Under the pieces are notes generated by a model. It searched no databases, had not been told where the DNA came from, and worked only from the letters and a program-made list of their open reading frames with translations. A stretch of DNA of 64,000 nucleotides, from the NCBI GenBank assembly GCA_963815115.1, contig CAWFFN010000005.1:512001-576000 (forward strand), in the 5' to 3' direction. The DNA comes from an uncultured delta proteobacterium. Lineage in GTDB: Bacteria; Desulfobacterota; Binatia; DP-6. Of this stretch, positions 37,308 through 47,270 are shown piece by piece. A program made the position numbers and the translations under genes. Positions within the stretch are counted from its first letter, which is position 1; each line of letters begins with the position of its first letter.

Positions 37308-38102
37308 ATGAGCGCCCCCGACTTCACCACCCTCGAGCTCGAGCGGCGCGGCCACGTGCTGCGGGTGACGATCGCGCACCCCACCAGCGCGCTGAACGCC
37401 GTGGACGAGGCATTGCACCGCGACCTGACCGCGCTCTTCGCGTTCCTTCGCCGCGAGGACGACGCTCGCTGCGTCCTCCTGACGGGTCGTGGCCGGGCCT
37501 TCAGCGCGGGCGGCGACTTCGCGTGGTTCCCGGAGCTGCGCGCGCCCGGTCGCATGGAGGCGCTCCGGCGCGACGCCAAGCAGCTCATCGGGGATCTGCT
37601 CGACGTCGAGATTCCCATCGTGGCGGCGCTGAACGGACACGCCATGGGGCTCGGCGCCTCCATCGCCCTGCTGTGCGACGTGATCTTCATGGCCGACACG
37701 GCGACGATCGGCGATCCCCACGTGCGCGTCGGGATCGTCGCCGGCGACGGCGGGGCGGCGATCTGGCCGCTGGCCGTCGGGCCGGCGCGGGCGAAGCAGT
37801 ATCTCTTGACCGGCGACCCGCTCGGGGCGGCGGAGGCGGAGCGCATCGGGCTCGTCAACCGGGTCGTCCCCGCCGCCGACCTCGAGCGCGAGGCGATGGC
37901 ATTTGCCGAGCGGCTCGCCGCCGGCGCGCCGCTCGCGGTGCGCTACACCAAGCTGGCGGTGAACAAGCTGGTCAAGGACGCGCTCAACGTCGCGTTCGAC
38001 GCCTCGACGGCGCTCGAGCTGGTGACGTTCCAGAGCGAGGACCACCAGGAGGCGCTGGCGGCGCTGCGCGAGAAGCGCGCGCCGTCGTTCAAGGGGCGAT
38101 GA
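37308..38102 (+). CDS. Enoyl-CoA hydratase/isomerase family
   Basis: AFSAGGD, ALNGHAMGLG, DPHVRVGIVAGDGG. Confidence 0.92.
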   Translation: MSAPDFTTLELERRGHVLRVTIAHPTSALNAVDEALHRDLTALFAFLRREDDARCVLLTGRGRAFSAGGDFAWFPELRAPGRMEALRRDAKQLIGDLLDVEIPIVAALNGHAMGLGASIALLCDVIFMADTATIGDPHVRVGIVAGDGGAAIWPLAVGPARAKQYLLTGDPLGAAEAERIGLVNRVVPAADLEREAMAFAERLAAGAPLAVRYTKLAVNKLVKDALNVAFDASTALELVTFQSEDHQEALAALREKRAPSFKGR

Positions 38103-38141
38103 CTGGTGACCGGCGACCGACCGGACGGAAGGAGTGACCAT

Positions 38142-38438
38142 ATGACCGTCGTTGCGAAGCTCAAGGTGAAGGCAGGCCAGGAGGACGCGCTGATCGCGGG
38201 CATGCGGAAGATGATCGCGCACGTGAAGGCAAACGAGCCCGACACCCGGACCTACGTGCTCTACCGCTCCGCGAAGGATGCGACGCAGTTCCTGGTCTAC
38301 GAGGTGTACGCCGACCAGGCGGCGTTCGCGCTCCATGGCGGCAGCGAGGCGATGCGCGAGTTCTTCACGCTGGCGGGCAGCCTGCTCGACGGCCGGCCGG
38401 AGATCGAGATGTACGAGGAGGTCGACGGAAAGCACTGA
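38142..38438 (+). CDS. ABM/quinol monooxygenase family protein
   Basis: VVAKLKVKAG, NEP, FLVYEVYADQAAFALH; GGAG RBS. Confidence 0.85.
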   Translation: MTVVAKLKVKAGQEDALIAGMRKMIAHVKANEPDTRTYVLYRSAKDATQFLVYEVYADQAAFALHGGSEAMREFFTLAGSLLDGRPEIEMYEEVDGKH

Positions 38439-38441
38439 GCG

Positions 38442-39224
38442 ATGGGCCGGCTCGAAGGGAAGGTCGCCATCGTCACCGGCGCGGCGTCCGGAAACGGGCG
38501 CGGGATGGCGGTCCGCTTCGCGGAGGAGGGCGCGGACGTCGTGGTGGCGGACGTCGACGCCGCGGGCGCGGAGGAGACGGCTCGCCAGGTCGAGGCGCGG
38601 GGCCGGCGAGGGCTCGCGTGGCGCTGCGATGTATCGCGCAAGCCCGACATCGACGCGCTGGTGGCGGTCGCCGTCGAACGCCTCGGCGGTGTCGACGTCG
38701 CCGTCGCGAATGCCGGCGTCGTCGAGAGCGACACCGACTGTCTCCGCCTCACCGAGGCGCAGTGGCAGCGGACCATCGGCGTCAACCTGACGGGGGTGTT
38801 CTTCACCCTCCAGGCGGCCGCGAACCGCATGGTCGCACAGGGCGGAGGCGGGCGCCTGATCGCTATCTCGAGCATCATGGCCGAGTGGGGCGCCCCGGGC
38901 ACGCCGGCCTACGCGGCGAGCAAGGCCGGTGTCCGGCAGCTCGTGCGCTCGTTTGCGATGGCCTGCGGCCATCACGGCATCACCTGCAACGGCATCGCGC
39001 CGGGGTTCATCGAGACTGCGATGACCGACCGCTACCGCGCGGTGCCGGGCCTCCTCGACGCCTTCGTCGCCCGCACGCCGGCCGGCCGCATCGGGCAGCC
39101 CGAGGACATCGCCGGCCTCGCGGCGTACCTCGCCAGCGACGAGGCGGCCTTCGTCACCGGCACCCTCGTGGTCGTGGACGGCGGCATCACGGCGGGGATG
39201 TACGGCGCGGCGCCGGGGCGGTGA
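38442..39224 (+). CDS. SDR family oxidoreductase
   Basis: TGAASGNG, NAG, YAASK, PGFIET. Confidence 0.92.
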   Translation: MGRLEGKVAIVTGAASGNGRGMAVRFAEEGADVVVADVDAAGAEETARQVEARGRRGLAWRCDVSRKPDIDALVAVAVERLGGVDVAVANAGVVESDTDCLRLTEAQWQRTIGVNLTGVFFTLQAAANRMVAQGGGGRLIAISSIMAEWGAPGTPAYAASKAGVRQLVRSFAMACGHHGITCNGIAPGFIETAMTDRYRAVPGLLDAFVARTPAGRIGQPEDIAGLAAYLASDEAAFVTGTLVVVDGGITAGMYGAAPGR

Positions 39225-39271
39225 TCCGGCCGGCCCGTGGAAGAACCGGCACCGATGGGCCGGATTCGCAT

Positions 39272-39293
39272 TTACATCGTGATACGATACAAT
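39272..39293 (+). promoter_or_regulatory. Probable MarR operator overlapping -10
   Basis: ATCGT-gat-ACGAT (39276-39288) followed by TACAAT, just upstream of marR ATG. Confidence 0.6.
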
Positions 39294-39300
39294 ACACGCC

Positions 39301-39750
39301 ATGCCCATCGCTGCTCGTCCATCTGCGCCCAACTATCGTGCGCTGGCGGATTTTCGCTACCAGCTGCGTCGCTTCCTCAGCTTCAGCAACCAGGCGGCGC
39401 GCGACGCGGGTCTGGAGCCGCAGCAGCACCAGCTGTTGCTCGCGGTCAAGGGGATGCCGGAGGACGTCGAGGCCACGGTGGGAACGCTCGCCGAACGGCT
39501 GCAGGTCCGGCACCACAGCACGGTGGAGCTCGTGGACCGGATGGAGGGCCGGGGACTCGTGCGGCGGCTCCGCAGCGCCGACGACCGGCGACGGGTCGTG
39601 GTCTCCCTCACTGCCCGCGGCGAGACGGTGCTCGCCCGGCTGTCCGCGGCACACCGCGCCGAGATGCGGTCGATCGGGCCGCGGCTCCGCGGCGCGCTCG
39701 ACGCCATCATCACCGATGCGAAGGGCCTCCATGCCGTCGCGAGTCGATGA
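39301..39750 (+). CDS. MarR family regulator
   Basis: LADFRYQLRRFL, QQHQLLLAVKG, RHHSTVELVDR, DRRRVVVSLT. Confidence 0.9.
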   Translation: MPIAARPSAPNYRALADFRYQLRRFLSFSNQAARDAGLEPQQHQLLLAVKGMPEDVEATVGTLAERLQVRHHSTVELVDRMEGRGLVRRLRSADDRRRVVVSLTARGETVLARLSAAHRAEMRSIGPRLRGALDAIITDAKGLHAVASR

Positions 39751-39778
39751 CGGCAGGCGAGCGAAGGGCGACGACGCC

Positions 39779-41674
39779 ATGACGACGGAGGCGCACGCTG
39801 CACCGGACACGCTCTGGCAGCGGCTGCGGCACCGGCTTCACGAGCTCGAGCACGACGCCTCGGGCGACCTCGGCGACTTCACCACGACGTGGCGGCTGGT
39901 GCCGATCTCGCTCGCGGCCATCGTCATCGGGCTCCTCTCCGCCTACGTCGCCCTCGCACTGCTGAAGCTCATCGGCCTGTTCACGAATCTCTTCTTCTTT
40001 CAGCGCTGGGACTTCGCGCTCGTGTCGCCGGCCGGGAACCAGCTCGGGGTGCTGGTGGTGCTCGTTCCGGTCGCCGGCGCGCTGCTCATCGGGCTGATGG
40101 CGCGCTACGGCTCCGAGCGCATCCGCGGCCACGGCATTCCGGAAGCGCTCGAGTCCATCCTGATCAACGGCAGCAGGGTGGAGCCGCGCCTCGCCGTGCT
40201 CAAGCCGCTCTCCGCCGCCATCTCGATCGGCAGCGGCGGCCCGTTCGGCGCCGAAGGCCCGATCATCATGACGGGCGGAGCCTTCGGCTCGATGCTGGCG
40301 CAGCTCTTCAAGCTGACGAGCAGCGAGCGCAAGACGCTGCTCGTGGCGGGCGCGGCCGGAGGGATGTCGGCCACGTTCGCCTCGCCGGTCGCCGCGGTGC
40401 TGCTCGCCGTCGAGCTGCTGCTCTTCGAGTGGAAGCCGCGCAGCATGATCCCGGTCGCGCTGGCGAGCGCGACGGCGGCGGCAGCGCGTCGCTACGTGAT
40501 CGGCCTCGGGCCGCTCTTCCCGGTGCCGCCGCACCCGGTCTTCATCGGATCCGGCGGGCTGCTCGGCTGCGTGGTCGTCGGTCTCTCCGCCGGGGCGTTG
40601 TCGGCACTTCTCACGCTGGCGGTCTACGCCGCCGAGGATGCCTTCAAGCGCCTGCCGATCCACTGGATGTGGTGGCCGGCGATCGGCGGCGTCGTGGTGG
40701 GTCTCGGCGGCCTCGTCTTCCCGGAGGCGCTCGGCGTCGGATACGACACCATCGGCGCGCTCCTGCAGGGCGACGTGCCGCGTCGCATTCTGCTCGGCGT
40801 CCTCCTGGTCAAGTCGATCATCTGGAGCGTGTCGCTCGGCTCGGGCACGTCGGGCGGCGTCCTGGCCCCGCTGCTGCTCATGGGCGGCGCGCTCGGCGGC
40901 GCCGAGGCGATGGTGCTGCCGGATCTGGGCGCCGGATTCTGGCCGCTGGTCGGCATGGGCGCGATCCTCGGCGGCACGATGCGCTCGCCGTTCACGGGCG
41001 TGATCTTCGCCCTCGAGCTGACCCACGACGTCAACGCGCTCCTCCCGCTGCTCGTGGCCGTGACCCTCGCGCACGCGTTCACCGTGCTCGCGCTGCGCCG
41101 CTCGATCCTCACCGAGAAGGTCAGCCGGCGCGGCTACCACCTGTCGCGCGAGTATGCCATCGACCCCCTGGAGATCCTCTTCGTTCGTGAGGTGATGCGG
41201 CGAAACGTCGTCGTCCTCCCCGCGGATGCACCGATCGACGCCCTGACGGCGGCCGTCCGCGCGGGAGGTCCCCGCCGCAGGCAGCTTCTCTATCCGGTCG
41301 TCGACGGCGGGCACAGGCTGGTCGGCGTGACGACCCGGAACGAGCTCGAGGCGCTGCTCCAGCAGCACCGCACGAGCGGCAGCGCGCGTCCGTTGGCGGA
41401 GGTGGTCAACACGACGCCGAACGTCGCCCATCCCGACGAGCCGCTTCGCGCGGTGGTGTACCGGATGGCCGAGACCGGGCTCACGCGCTTCCCGGTCGTC
41501 GGGCGAACGTCGCGCCGCCTGCTCGGCATGATCGGCCTGTTCGACCTGCTCGAGGCGCGGCTGCGCAATCTCGAGGCCGAGCGCCGGCGCGACCGCGTGC
41601 TCCCGGTCCGGCTCGTTCTCCCGAAGGCACTCGCGCGGCGGCGGGCCGCTTCGGCCACGAGGGAGACCGGGTAG
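39779..41674 (+). CDS. ClC chloride channel/antiporter with CBS pair
   Basis: GHGIPE, GPFGAEGP, GTSGGVLAP, ILTEKVSRRG, CBS domains. Confidence 0.92.
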   Translation: MTTEAHAAPDTLWQRLRHRLHELEHDASGDLGDFTTTWRLVPISLAAIVIGLLSAYVALALLKLIGLFTNLFFFQRWDFALVSPAGNQLGVLVVLVPVAGALLIGLMARYGSERIRGHGIPEALESILINGSRVEPRLAVLKPLSAAISIGSGGPFGAEGPIIMTGGAFGSMLAQLFKLTSSERKTLLVAGAAGGMSATFASPVAAVLLAVELLLFEWKPRSMIPVALASATAAAARRYVIGLGPLFPVPPHPVFIGSGGLLGCVVVGLSAGALSALLTLAVYAAEDAFKRLPIHWMWWPAIGGVVVGLGGLVFPEALGVGYDTIGALLQGDVPRRILLGVLLVKSIIWSVSLGSGTSGGVLAPLLLMGGALGGAEAMVLPDLGAGFWPLVGMGAILGGTMRSPFTGVIFALELTHDVNALLPLLVAVTLAHAFTVLALRRSILTEKVSRRGYHLSREYAIDPLEILFVREVMRRNVVVLPADAPIDALTAAVRAGGPRRRQLLYPVVDGGHRLVGVTTRNELEALLQQHRTSGSARPLAEVVNTTPNVAHPDEPLRAVVYRMAETGLTRFPVVGRTSRRLLGMIGLFDLLEARLRNLEAERRRDRVLPVRLVLPKALARRRAASATRETG

Positions 41675-41718
41675 ATCCTCGCGTCCGAACGGCCGCCGCG
41701 CACGAGCGCCGCCCGGCG

Positions 41719-42729
41719 TCAGTCGTCCGAGAAGAACTCGCCCGCGACCCAGTCCTCCTCGCCGACGGCGGAACGGTTCTCTCCGCCGCTCACCGATGCG
41801 CCGTTCCCGCTCGCCGTGTTGGTCTCGCCTCCGGACACCGCGGCGTAGCCTCCGCTGGCGACGTTGCTGAGGCCGCCGCTGACCGTCGCGACGAGCCCGA
41901 TGGCATATCCCACCGCACCTCCGCTGACCGTGGTGAGCGTCCCGGCAGATTGATTCAGGTATCCGCCCGATACGGTCGCGTTCGGACCGGTGGCCTTGTT
42001 GAGCGCCCCGCCGGTCACCGCCGACCCCAGGCCCGACGCGACGTTGGAATAGCCGAACGCCACGGAGTTGCCGGCGCTCACCGTGTTGGTGTCTCCCACC
42101 GCCAGCCCGCCGTAGCTGCTGTAGGTGTGATGATCCCCGACGATCAGGTTGTGCGAGCCGGTGTGGGGACCGGTCCCGGCCGGCACGTTGTACCCGACGA
42201 ACAGGTTGCCCTTGCCGTTGATCGTGCCGCTGGTGGTCCCCGAGCCCGAGACGACCTGGACGTTCACGCCCGAGAAGCGGAGCGTCGCGCCACCGTCCTC
42301 CAGCGACACGGCCTCGATGCGGGGATCGGTGGCGGCGAAGGAGACGTCCCGCAGGCGTACGCCCGGCGAGCAGTTGGTCACCCACAAGGAGCAGGACGAC
42401 GCGCCGTCTCGCAGATAGATGGTGCACGCCGCCGGCGCCGTCTTGGCCGCGAGCGTCCCGGCAGCTCCGAGCTGGCAGTTGGTGGCGGTCGTTCCGCTGA
42501 TCGAGGTCGCGGCGTTGGCGAAGGCCGTGGTCTCTGCTCCGCTCGCCGTGCCCCAGCGCAGCGCGCTGCTGGTGCTGCTCGCGGAGACCTTGATGGTGCC
42601 GTCGGTGCTGGTCACGCTCACGGCGCAGCCGGTGACGGCATGGCTGGCGGTCGGAATCGTCCACGCCCAGATTCCCAGCATCACGGTGAAGGCGGTCACG
42701 GCACGGACTCTACACGCAGCGATGCTCAT
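41719..42729 (-). CDS. Secreted protein with 14-aa (VSGGxxNxAxGxxA) beta-solenoid repeats
   Basis: GGAGG RBS, signal peptide, GVNVQVVSG..GKGNLFVGYN, repeated VSGG..N.ASG. Confidence 0.75.
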   Translation of the reverse strand: MSIAACRVRAVTAFTVMLGIWAWTIPTASHAVTGCAVSVTSTDGTIKVSASSTSSALRWGTASGAETTAFANAATSISGTTATNCQLGAAGTLAAKTAPAACTIYLRDGASSCSLWVTNCSPGVRLRDVSFAATDPRIEAVSLEDGGATLRFSGVNVQVVSGSGTTSGTINGKGNLFVGYNVPAGTGPHTGSHNLIVGDHHTYSSYGGLAVGDTNTVSAGNSVAFGYSNVASGLGSAVTGGALNKATGPNATVSGGYLNQSAGTLTTVSGGAVGYAIGLVATVSGGLSNVASGGYAAVSGGETNTASGNGASVSGGENRSAVGEEDWVAGEFFSDD

Positions 42730-42917
42730 ACAGACCTCCTCGAGGACGGTTGGGGCCGACATGCGGTCGGCGCGCGGCACGATGCCCGCTCGACGACTCC
42801 TCCTCTCGCCACGGCAGGGAGCCGGGTTCACGGCGCAGGCGCGTAACACCCGGGCGGATTCCGCCGCAATGCGAGCCCTGCCTGCATGAACGGCACAGAG
42901 CCAGCTCGGCGGGGTGA

Positions 42918-44285
42918 TCAGGACAGCGGAACGAAGCGCCGGATCTTTCCGGTCGCCTGGCGTTCCAGGCGCGGCACGATCCGCAGGGTCACGCACGGTG
43001 ACGACACGCCGAGGCGCGCGAGCTCGCGCTCGAGGCGGCGCGCGGTCGCCGCACGATCGTCGAGGGCTCCGAGCGCCAGAACCTCCGCCCCTCGCGCCGT
43101 CTGCTGCACCTGGTACTCGAACACGCCCGCTTCGCGCGCGAGAACCGAGCGGAACACGTGGGGATGCACCAGCACGCCGTCCCCGTATGCGAAGACGTCG
43201 TCGAGACGGCCCTCGATGTCCGCGATCAGGCGATGCGTCGAGCCGCACGGACACGCCCCCTCGAGCACGGTGATCCGGTCGGTCAGCTCGAAGCGGATCA
43301 ATGGAAGCGTCGGATTCGAGATCGCGGTGACGTACACCTTGTCGGACGTGGCGCCCGGCGGAACCGGACGACCGGCCTCGTCCACCGGCTCGATGATGAC
43401 GAGGTCGTCACAGAGATGCGTCCCCGCCCCGCGCCAGCATCCGGTGGCCATCGGACCGGCCTCGGACGTGCCCCAGACGTTGGCCACCGGCGCGCCGAAG
43501 GCCTCCTCCGCCGCTTGCCGGACCTCGGGCAGCAGGGGCTCGCTGGTCGAGACGATCCGCCGGGGTGCGATGCGGAGCCGGCCCTCGCGCGCCTCCATGG
43601 CGAGGACGCCGAGGACGGACGCGTAGCCGATCAGCGTCGTCGAACGGAAGTCGTTCAGCCCTCGCACGATCACGTCCAGCGGCTGGGTCACGGGGAAGTG
43701 CTCGATCCGGACCGCCGGGTTGGAGAAGGTCTGCCCGAGCGCGCTGGTCATGTGAGTGGCGTTCCGGGCCGCGACCATGGCCACTGTGCTGGGAAGGGAT
43801 GCCAGCTCGGGCGTCACGGCACGATCCCGGAGCGACCGGCGGAAGAAGCCGGCATACACGGTCGCCCATTCGTCCCACCCGAACACGAACACCCCGCGAC
43901 GGCCAGTCGAGCCTCCCGAGGCCACCGCATGGAACTCGTCCAGCAGATAGGCATCCGTGCTCAGCCCGGCGAGGTGGTCCTCGACGATGTCCAGCGAGAG
44001 CCGGCGATCGGTGACGATGTCGTTCCAGTGCTCCATCAGATCGAGCTTGGTCATCGGCGCGATCGATTGCAGATCCTCCTCGCGAGCCGTCGCGGGATCG
44101 AGGGTGCGCAGCCGCTCGCGATGCCATGGCGACCGCTCCTTCGCGATCCGCAGGAGGTCGCGCAGGCGATCCTCGCGCTCGCGACGGATGCGCTCGGCCG
44201 GCCACTGCAGGCGCTCGACCATCCCCGGCATGATGGCCATCAGCCGGGCAACGTGGCGCTGCCTGAGGTCCTCGTAGGCGGCCAT
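42918..44285 (-). CDS. Phenylacetate--CoA ligase family protein
   Basis: ASGGSTGRRG, WGTSEAG, PLIRFELTD, EGRLDD, TGKIRR. Confidence 0.88.
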   Translation of the reverse strand: MAAYEDLRQRHVARLMAIMPGMVERLQWPAERIRREREDRLRDLLRIAKERSPWHRERLRTLDPATAREEDLQSIAPMTKLDLMEHWNDIVTDRRLSLDIVEDHLAGLSTDAYLLDEFHAVASGGSTGRRGVFVFGWDEWATVYAGFFRRSLRDRAVTPELASLPSTVAMVAARNATHMTSALGQTFSNPAVRIEHFPVTQPLDVIVRGLNDFRSTTLIGYASVLGVLAMEAREGRLRIAPRRIVSTSEPLLPEVRQAAEEAFGAPVANVWGTSEAGPMATGCWRGAGTHLCDDLVIIEPVDEAGRPVPPGATSDKVYVTAISNPTLPLIRFELTDRITVLEGACPCGSTHRLIADIEGRLDDVFAYGDGVLVHPHVFRSVLAREAGVFEYQVQQTARGAEVLALGALDDRAATARRLERELARLGVSSPCVTLRIVPRLERQATGKIRRFVPLS

Positions 44286-44408
44286 GGCTGCGGGGTCCGG
44301 TCGTAACCGGGCAACCCCGGGGGGCGCAATCGGCCGTCGGTCGTACCTCCCGGAGCTCGAGTTCTGTTGACCCCCCAGGGACCCCCGAGTACTGTCCGCA
44401 GGGCGCGC

Positions 44409-45596
44409 ATGATCAGGACGCTCTGGCACGAGGTCGCCGGGCTTCGCGGCCACGCGGGGTGGCGGGAGCTGATCGGGTTGCCCCCCTGGCAGGGCTATCG
44501 CCTGACGGCGAAGCGCCTGCTGAACCTGTATCGCGTCCGCTACCAGTACGTCCTCGGGAGCACGGCCGTGCCCGCCATGCCGGTCAAGCTCACGATCGAG
44601 CCGACCAGCGTCTGCAACCTCCAGTGCCCGGGATGCTTCACCGGGATCGACGAGGTGGGGCGCACGCGCGGCGCGATGTCGCTGGAGCTCTACCGCTCGC
44701 TCCTCGCCGAGCTCGGCGACTATCTCTTCGAGCTCGAGTTCTACAACTGGGGCGAGCCGCTCCTCGCGAAGCAGCTCCCGATCATGATTCACGAGGCTCA
44801 CGACCGCGGCATCTCCACCACGGTGAGCACGAACTTCAGCATCCCCTTCGACGCCGAGAAAGCGGAGCGGCTGGTGGCGTCGGGCTTGACGGTGCTCGGC
44901 GTGTCCATCGACGGCGCGCGCCAGGAGAGCTACGAGCAGTATCGCGTGCGAGGAGACCTCGCGCTGGTGCTGAAGAACTGCCGGCTCGTCACCGATGCCA
45001 AGCGCAAGCTCGGCTCGCGCACGCCCCGCCTGGTGTGGGAGTTCCACGTCTTCGAGCACAACCATCAGGACGTCGAGCTGGCCCGGCAGATGGCCCGCGA
45101 CCTCGACATGGACATCTGCGTCTCGAAGGGATGGAACATCGGCGCGGAGTGGAATCCGGGCGGCGAGTGGCAGTTCTTCGGGAAGCCACGGCCGGTGCGC
45201 TGTCCGTTCCTGTGGGGCTTCGCGGTGGTGAACAACGACGGCGGCGTGTCGCCGTGCTGCGGGACCTTCTACAGCGAGGACGACATGGGCCGCGTGAGCG
45301 GCGAGATCGGGCATCCCGGCGCGACGACGTTTCGCCAGGTGTGGAACGGCGAGCGCTTCCAGGCCGCACGCGGCTTCTACCACCGCCGTGACGGTACGGA
45401 GGAAGCCCGTGCGCACGTCTGCCACGACTGCCCCAACACCGTCCTGCACGAGGAGTGGCGCGAGCATCGCGCCGCGGGAGGCGACGCGCGCTCGTTCCAG
45501 GTCCGCTTCACCATGAACGACGTGGTCAACTACTTCTGGAACCGGCGCCCGGGTCGCCGTCAGCCCGCTGGCGAGGCACGCCGGGCGGCGCCGTAG
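44409..45596 (+). CDS. Radical SAM protein with SPASM/twitch domain
   Basis: EPTSVCNLQCPGC, NWGEPLL, SIDG, CPFLW..SPCC..CHDC. Confidence 0.92.
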   Translation: MIRTLWHEVAGLRGHAGWRELIGLPPWQGYRLTAKRLLNLYRVRYQYVLGSTAVPAMPVKLTIEPTSVCNLQCPGCFTGIDEVGRTRGAMSLELYRSLLAELGDYLFELEFYNWGEPLLAKQLPIMIHEAHDRGISTTVSTNFSIPFDAEKAERLVASGLTVLGVSIDGARQESYEQYRVRGDLALVLKNCRLVTDAKRKLGSRTPRLVWEFHVFEHNHQDVELARQMARDLDMDICVSKGWNIGAEWNPGGEWQFFGKPRPVRCPFLWGFAVVNNDGGVSPCCGTFYSEDDMGRVSGEIGHPGATTFRQVWNGERFQAARGFYHRRDGTEEARAHVCHDCPNTVLHEEWREHRAAGGDARSFQVRFTMNDVVNYFWNRRPGRRQPAGEARRAAP

Positions 45597-45608
45597 CGTC
45601 GCGCGGCC

Positions 45609-46430
45609 ATGTCGGAGGCAGCCTCGTTCCGCTCGCGCTACGGTCCCTGTGCGCTCGTCGCCGGCGCCGCGGTCGGTCTCGGGGCCGAGTGGGCGCGGCA
45701 GATCGCGGAGCACGGGCTCGACCTCGTCCTTCTCGACCGCGACGAGGAGGCCCTCGAGCGCACCGCCGCCGAGATCCGCGCCTCGCGCGACGTCCAGGTG
45801 CGGTCGGTCGCGCTCGATCTCGCCCGCGCGGACCTCGTCGACGCGATCGGCGAGGCGGTCGCCGGCCTCGAGATCGGGCTGCTCGTCTGCAACGCGGCAT
45901 GCAGCGTCGTCGCGCCGTTCCTCGAGCTCGAGACGGCGCAGCTCCACGCGATGCTCGACGTCAACTGCCGAGCGCCGTTGCTCCTGGCGCACGCCCTCGC
46001 ACCGCCGATGGTGCGTCGCGGACGCGGCGGGATCGTGCTCATGTCGTCCCTCTCGGGAAACGTGGGGTCCGCCCAGCTCGCGGTCTACGCCGCGAGCAAG
46101 GCGTTCGATCTCGTCCTTGCCGACGCGCTCTGGGCGGAGCTGCGGCCCCGGGGCGTCGACGTGCTGGCGGTGCAGCCGGGCTCGACCCGCACCCCGGGCT
46201 GGCTCGCGTCCCAGCCCGCGGACGCCGATGCGGCGCTGCCCGCGATGGAGCCGGCCGACGTGGTGCGCGAGGCGCTCGGCGCGCTCGGCGTCGAGCCCGG
46301 GATCGTCCCCGGCGAGCTGAACCGGCAGGGCGCCGACGCCCTGGCGCGCCTGCCGCGCCGCCAGGCGATCGAGCTGTTGAGCGCGATCACCGGGACGCTC
46401 GTCCCGAATCACCGTCCTCGAACGCGCTGA
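45609..46430 (+). CDS. SDR family oxidoreductase
   Basis: AGAAVGLG, CNAA, YAASK. Confidence 0.9.
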   Translation: MSEAASFRSRYGPCALVAGAAVGLGAEWARQIAEHGLDLVLLDRDEEALERTAAEIRASRDVQVRSVALDLARADLVDAIGEAVAGLEIGLLVCNAACSVVAPFLELETAQLHAMLDVNCRAPLLLAHALAPPMVRRGRGGIVLMSSLSGNVGSAQLAVYAASKAFDLVLADALWAELRPRGVDVLAVQPGSTRTPGWLASQPADADAALPAMEPADVVREALGALGVEPGIVPGELNRQGADALARLPRRQAIELLSAITGTLVPNHRPRTR

Positions 46431-46481
46431 GATCGTCCGGCGCGCTTGACTCCGGAGGTCGTCTCGGGCGACGCATCGGGC

Positions 46482-47258
46482 ATGGCACTGCTGGATCGCT
46501 TTCGCATGACCGACCGGGTCGCGGTCGTCACCGGCGCGGGCCGCGGCATCGGCCGCGCGATCGCCCTCGCGTTCGCGGAGATGGGAGCCGACGTGGTGTG
46601 CGCCGCGCGCACCGAGCGCGAGATCGAGGCGACGGCGGAGCGCGTCCGGGAGCTCGGCCGCCGTGCGTTGCCGGTGCGCTGCGACGTCACCGACACCGCC
46701 CAGCTCGACGCGCTCGCGGCTCGCTCCAAGGACGAGTTCGGGCGCATCGACGTCCTGGTGAACAACGCCGGCGGCTTTCCGCCGATGGCGTTCCTCGACA
46801 CCGACGTCGCGTCGTGGGAGTGGTGCGTGCGCTTCAACCTCACCTCCGCCTTCGCGCTGACGCGCGCCTGCCTGCCCCACATGCTGGACGGCGACGGCGG
46901 CGTGGTCCTGAACATCTCGTCCGCCGCGGGGCGCATCGTGCGCAAGGGCTTCGTCGCCTACGGCACGGTGAAGGCGGCGCTGTCCTTCATGACCCGGCAG
47001 CTCGCCGCCGAGTTCGCGCCTCGCGTGCGGGTGAACGCGCTCGCGGTCGGAGCGGTCGAGACCTCGGCCCTGCGCCCCTTCCTCACCGACGAGCTGCGCG
47101 CCCAGATGGAAGCGATGACGCCGATGCGGCGGATCGGAACGGTGGAGGACATCGCGCTGGCCGCGCTCTGGCTGTGCTCGCCCGCCGGGGGATGGGTCAC
47201 CGGCAAGGTCGTCGAGGTGGACGGGGGGACCGAGACCACGAACTGGCCGTTCGATTGA
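46482..47258 (+). CDS. SDR family oxidoreductase
   Basis: TGAGRGIG, NNAG, YGTVK. Confidence 0.92.
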   Translation: MALLDRFRMTDRVAVVTGAGRGIGRAIALAFAEMGADVVCAARTEREIEATAERVRELGRRALPVRCDVTDTAQLDALAARSKDEFGRIDVLVNNAGGFPPMAFLDTDVASWEWCVRFNLTSAFALTRACLPHMLDGDGGVVLNISSAAGRIVRKGFVAYGTVKAALSFMTRQLAAEFAPRVRVNALAVGAVETSALRPFLTDELRAQMEAMTPMRRIGTVEDIALAALWLCSPAGGWVTGKVVEVDGGTETTNWPFD

Positions 47259-47270
47259 CGCGCCGCCGCG

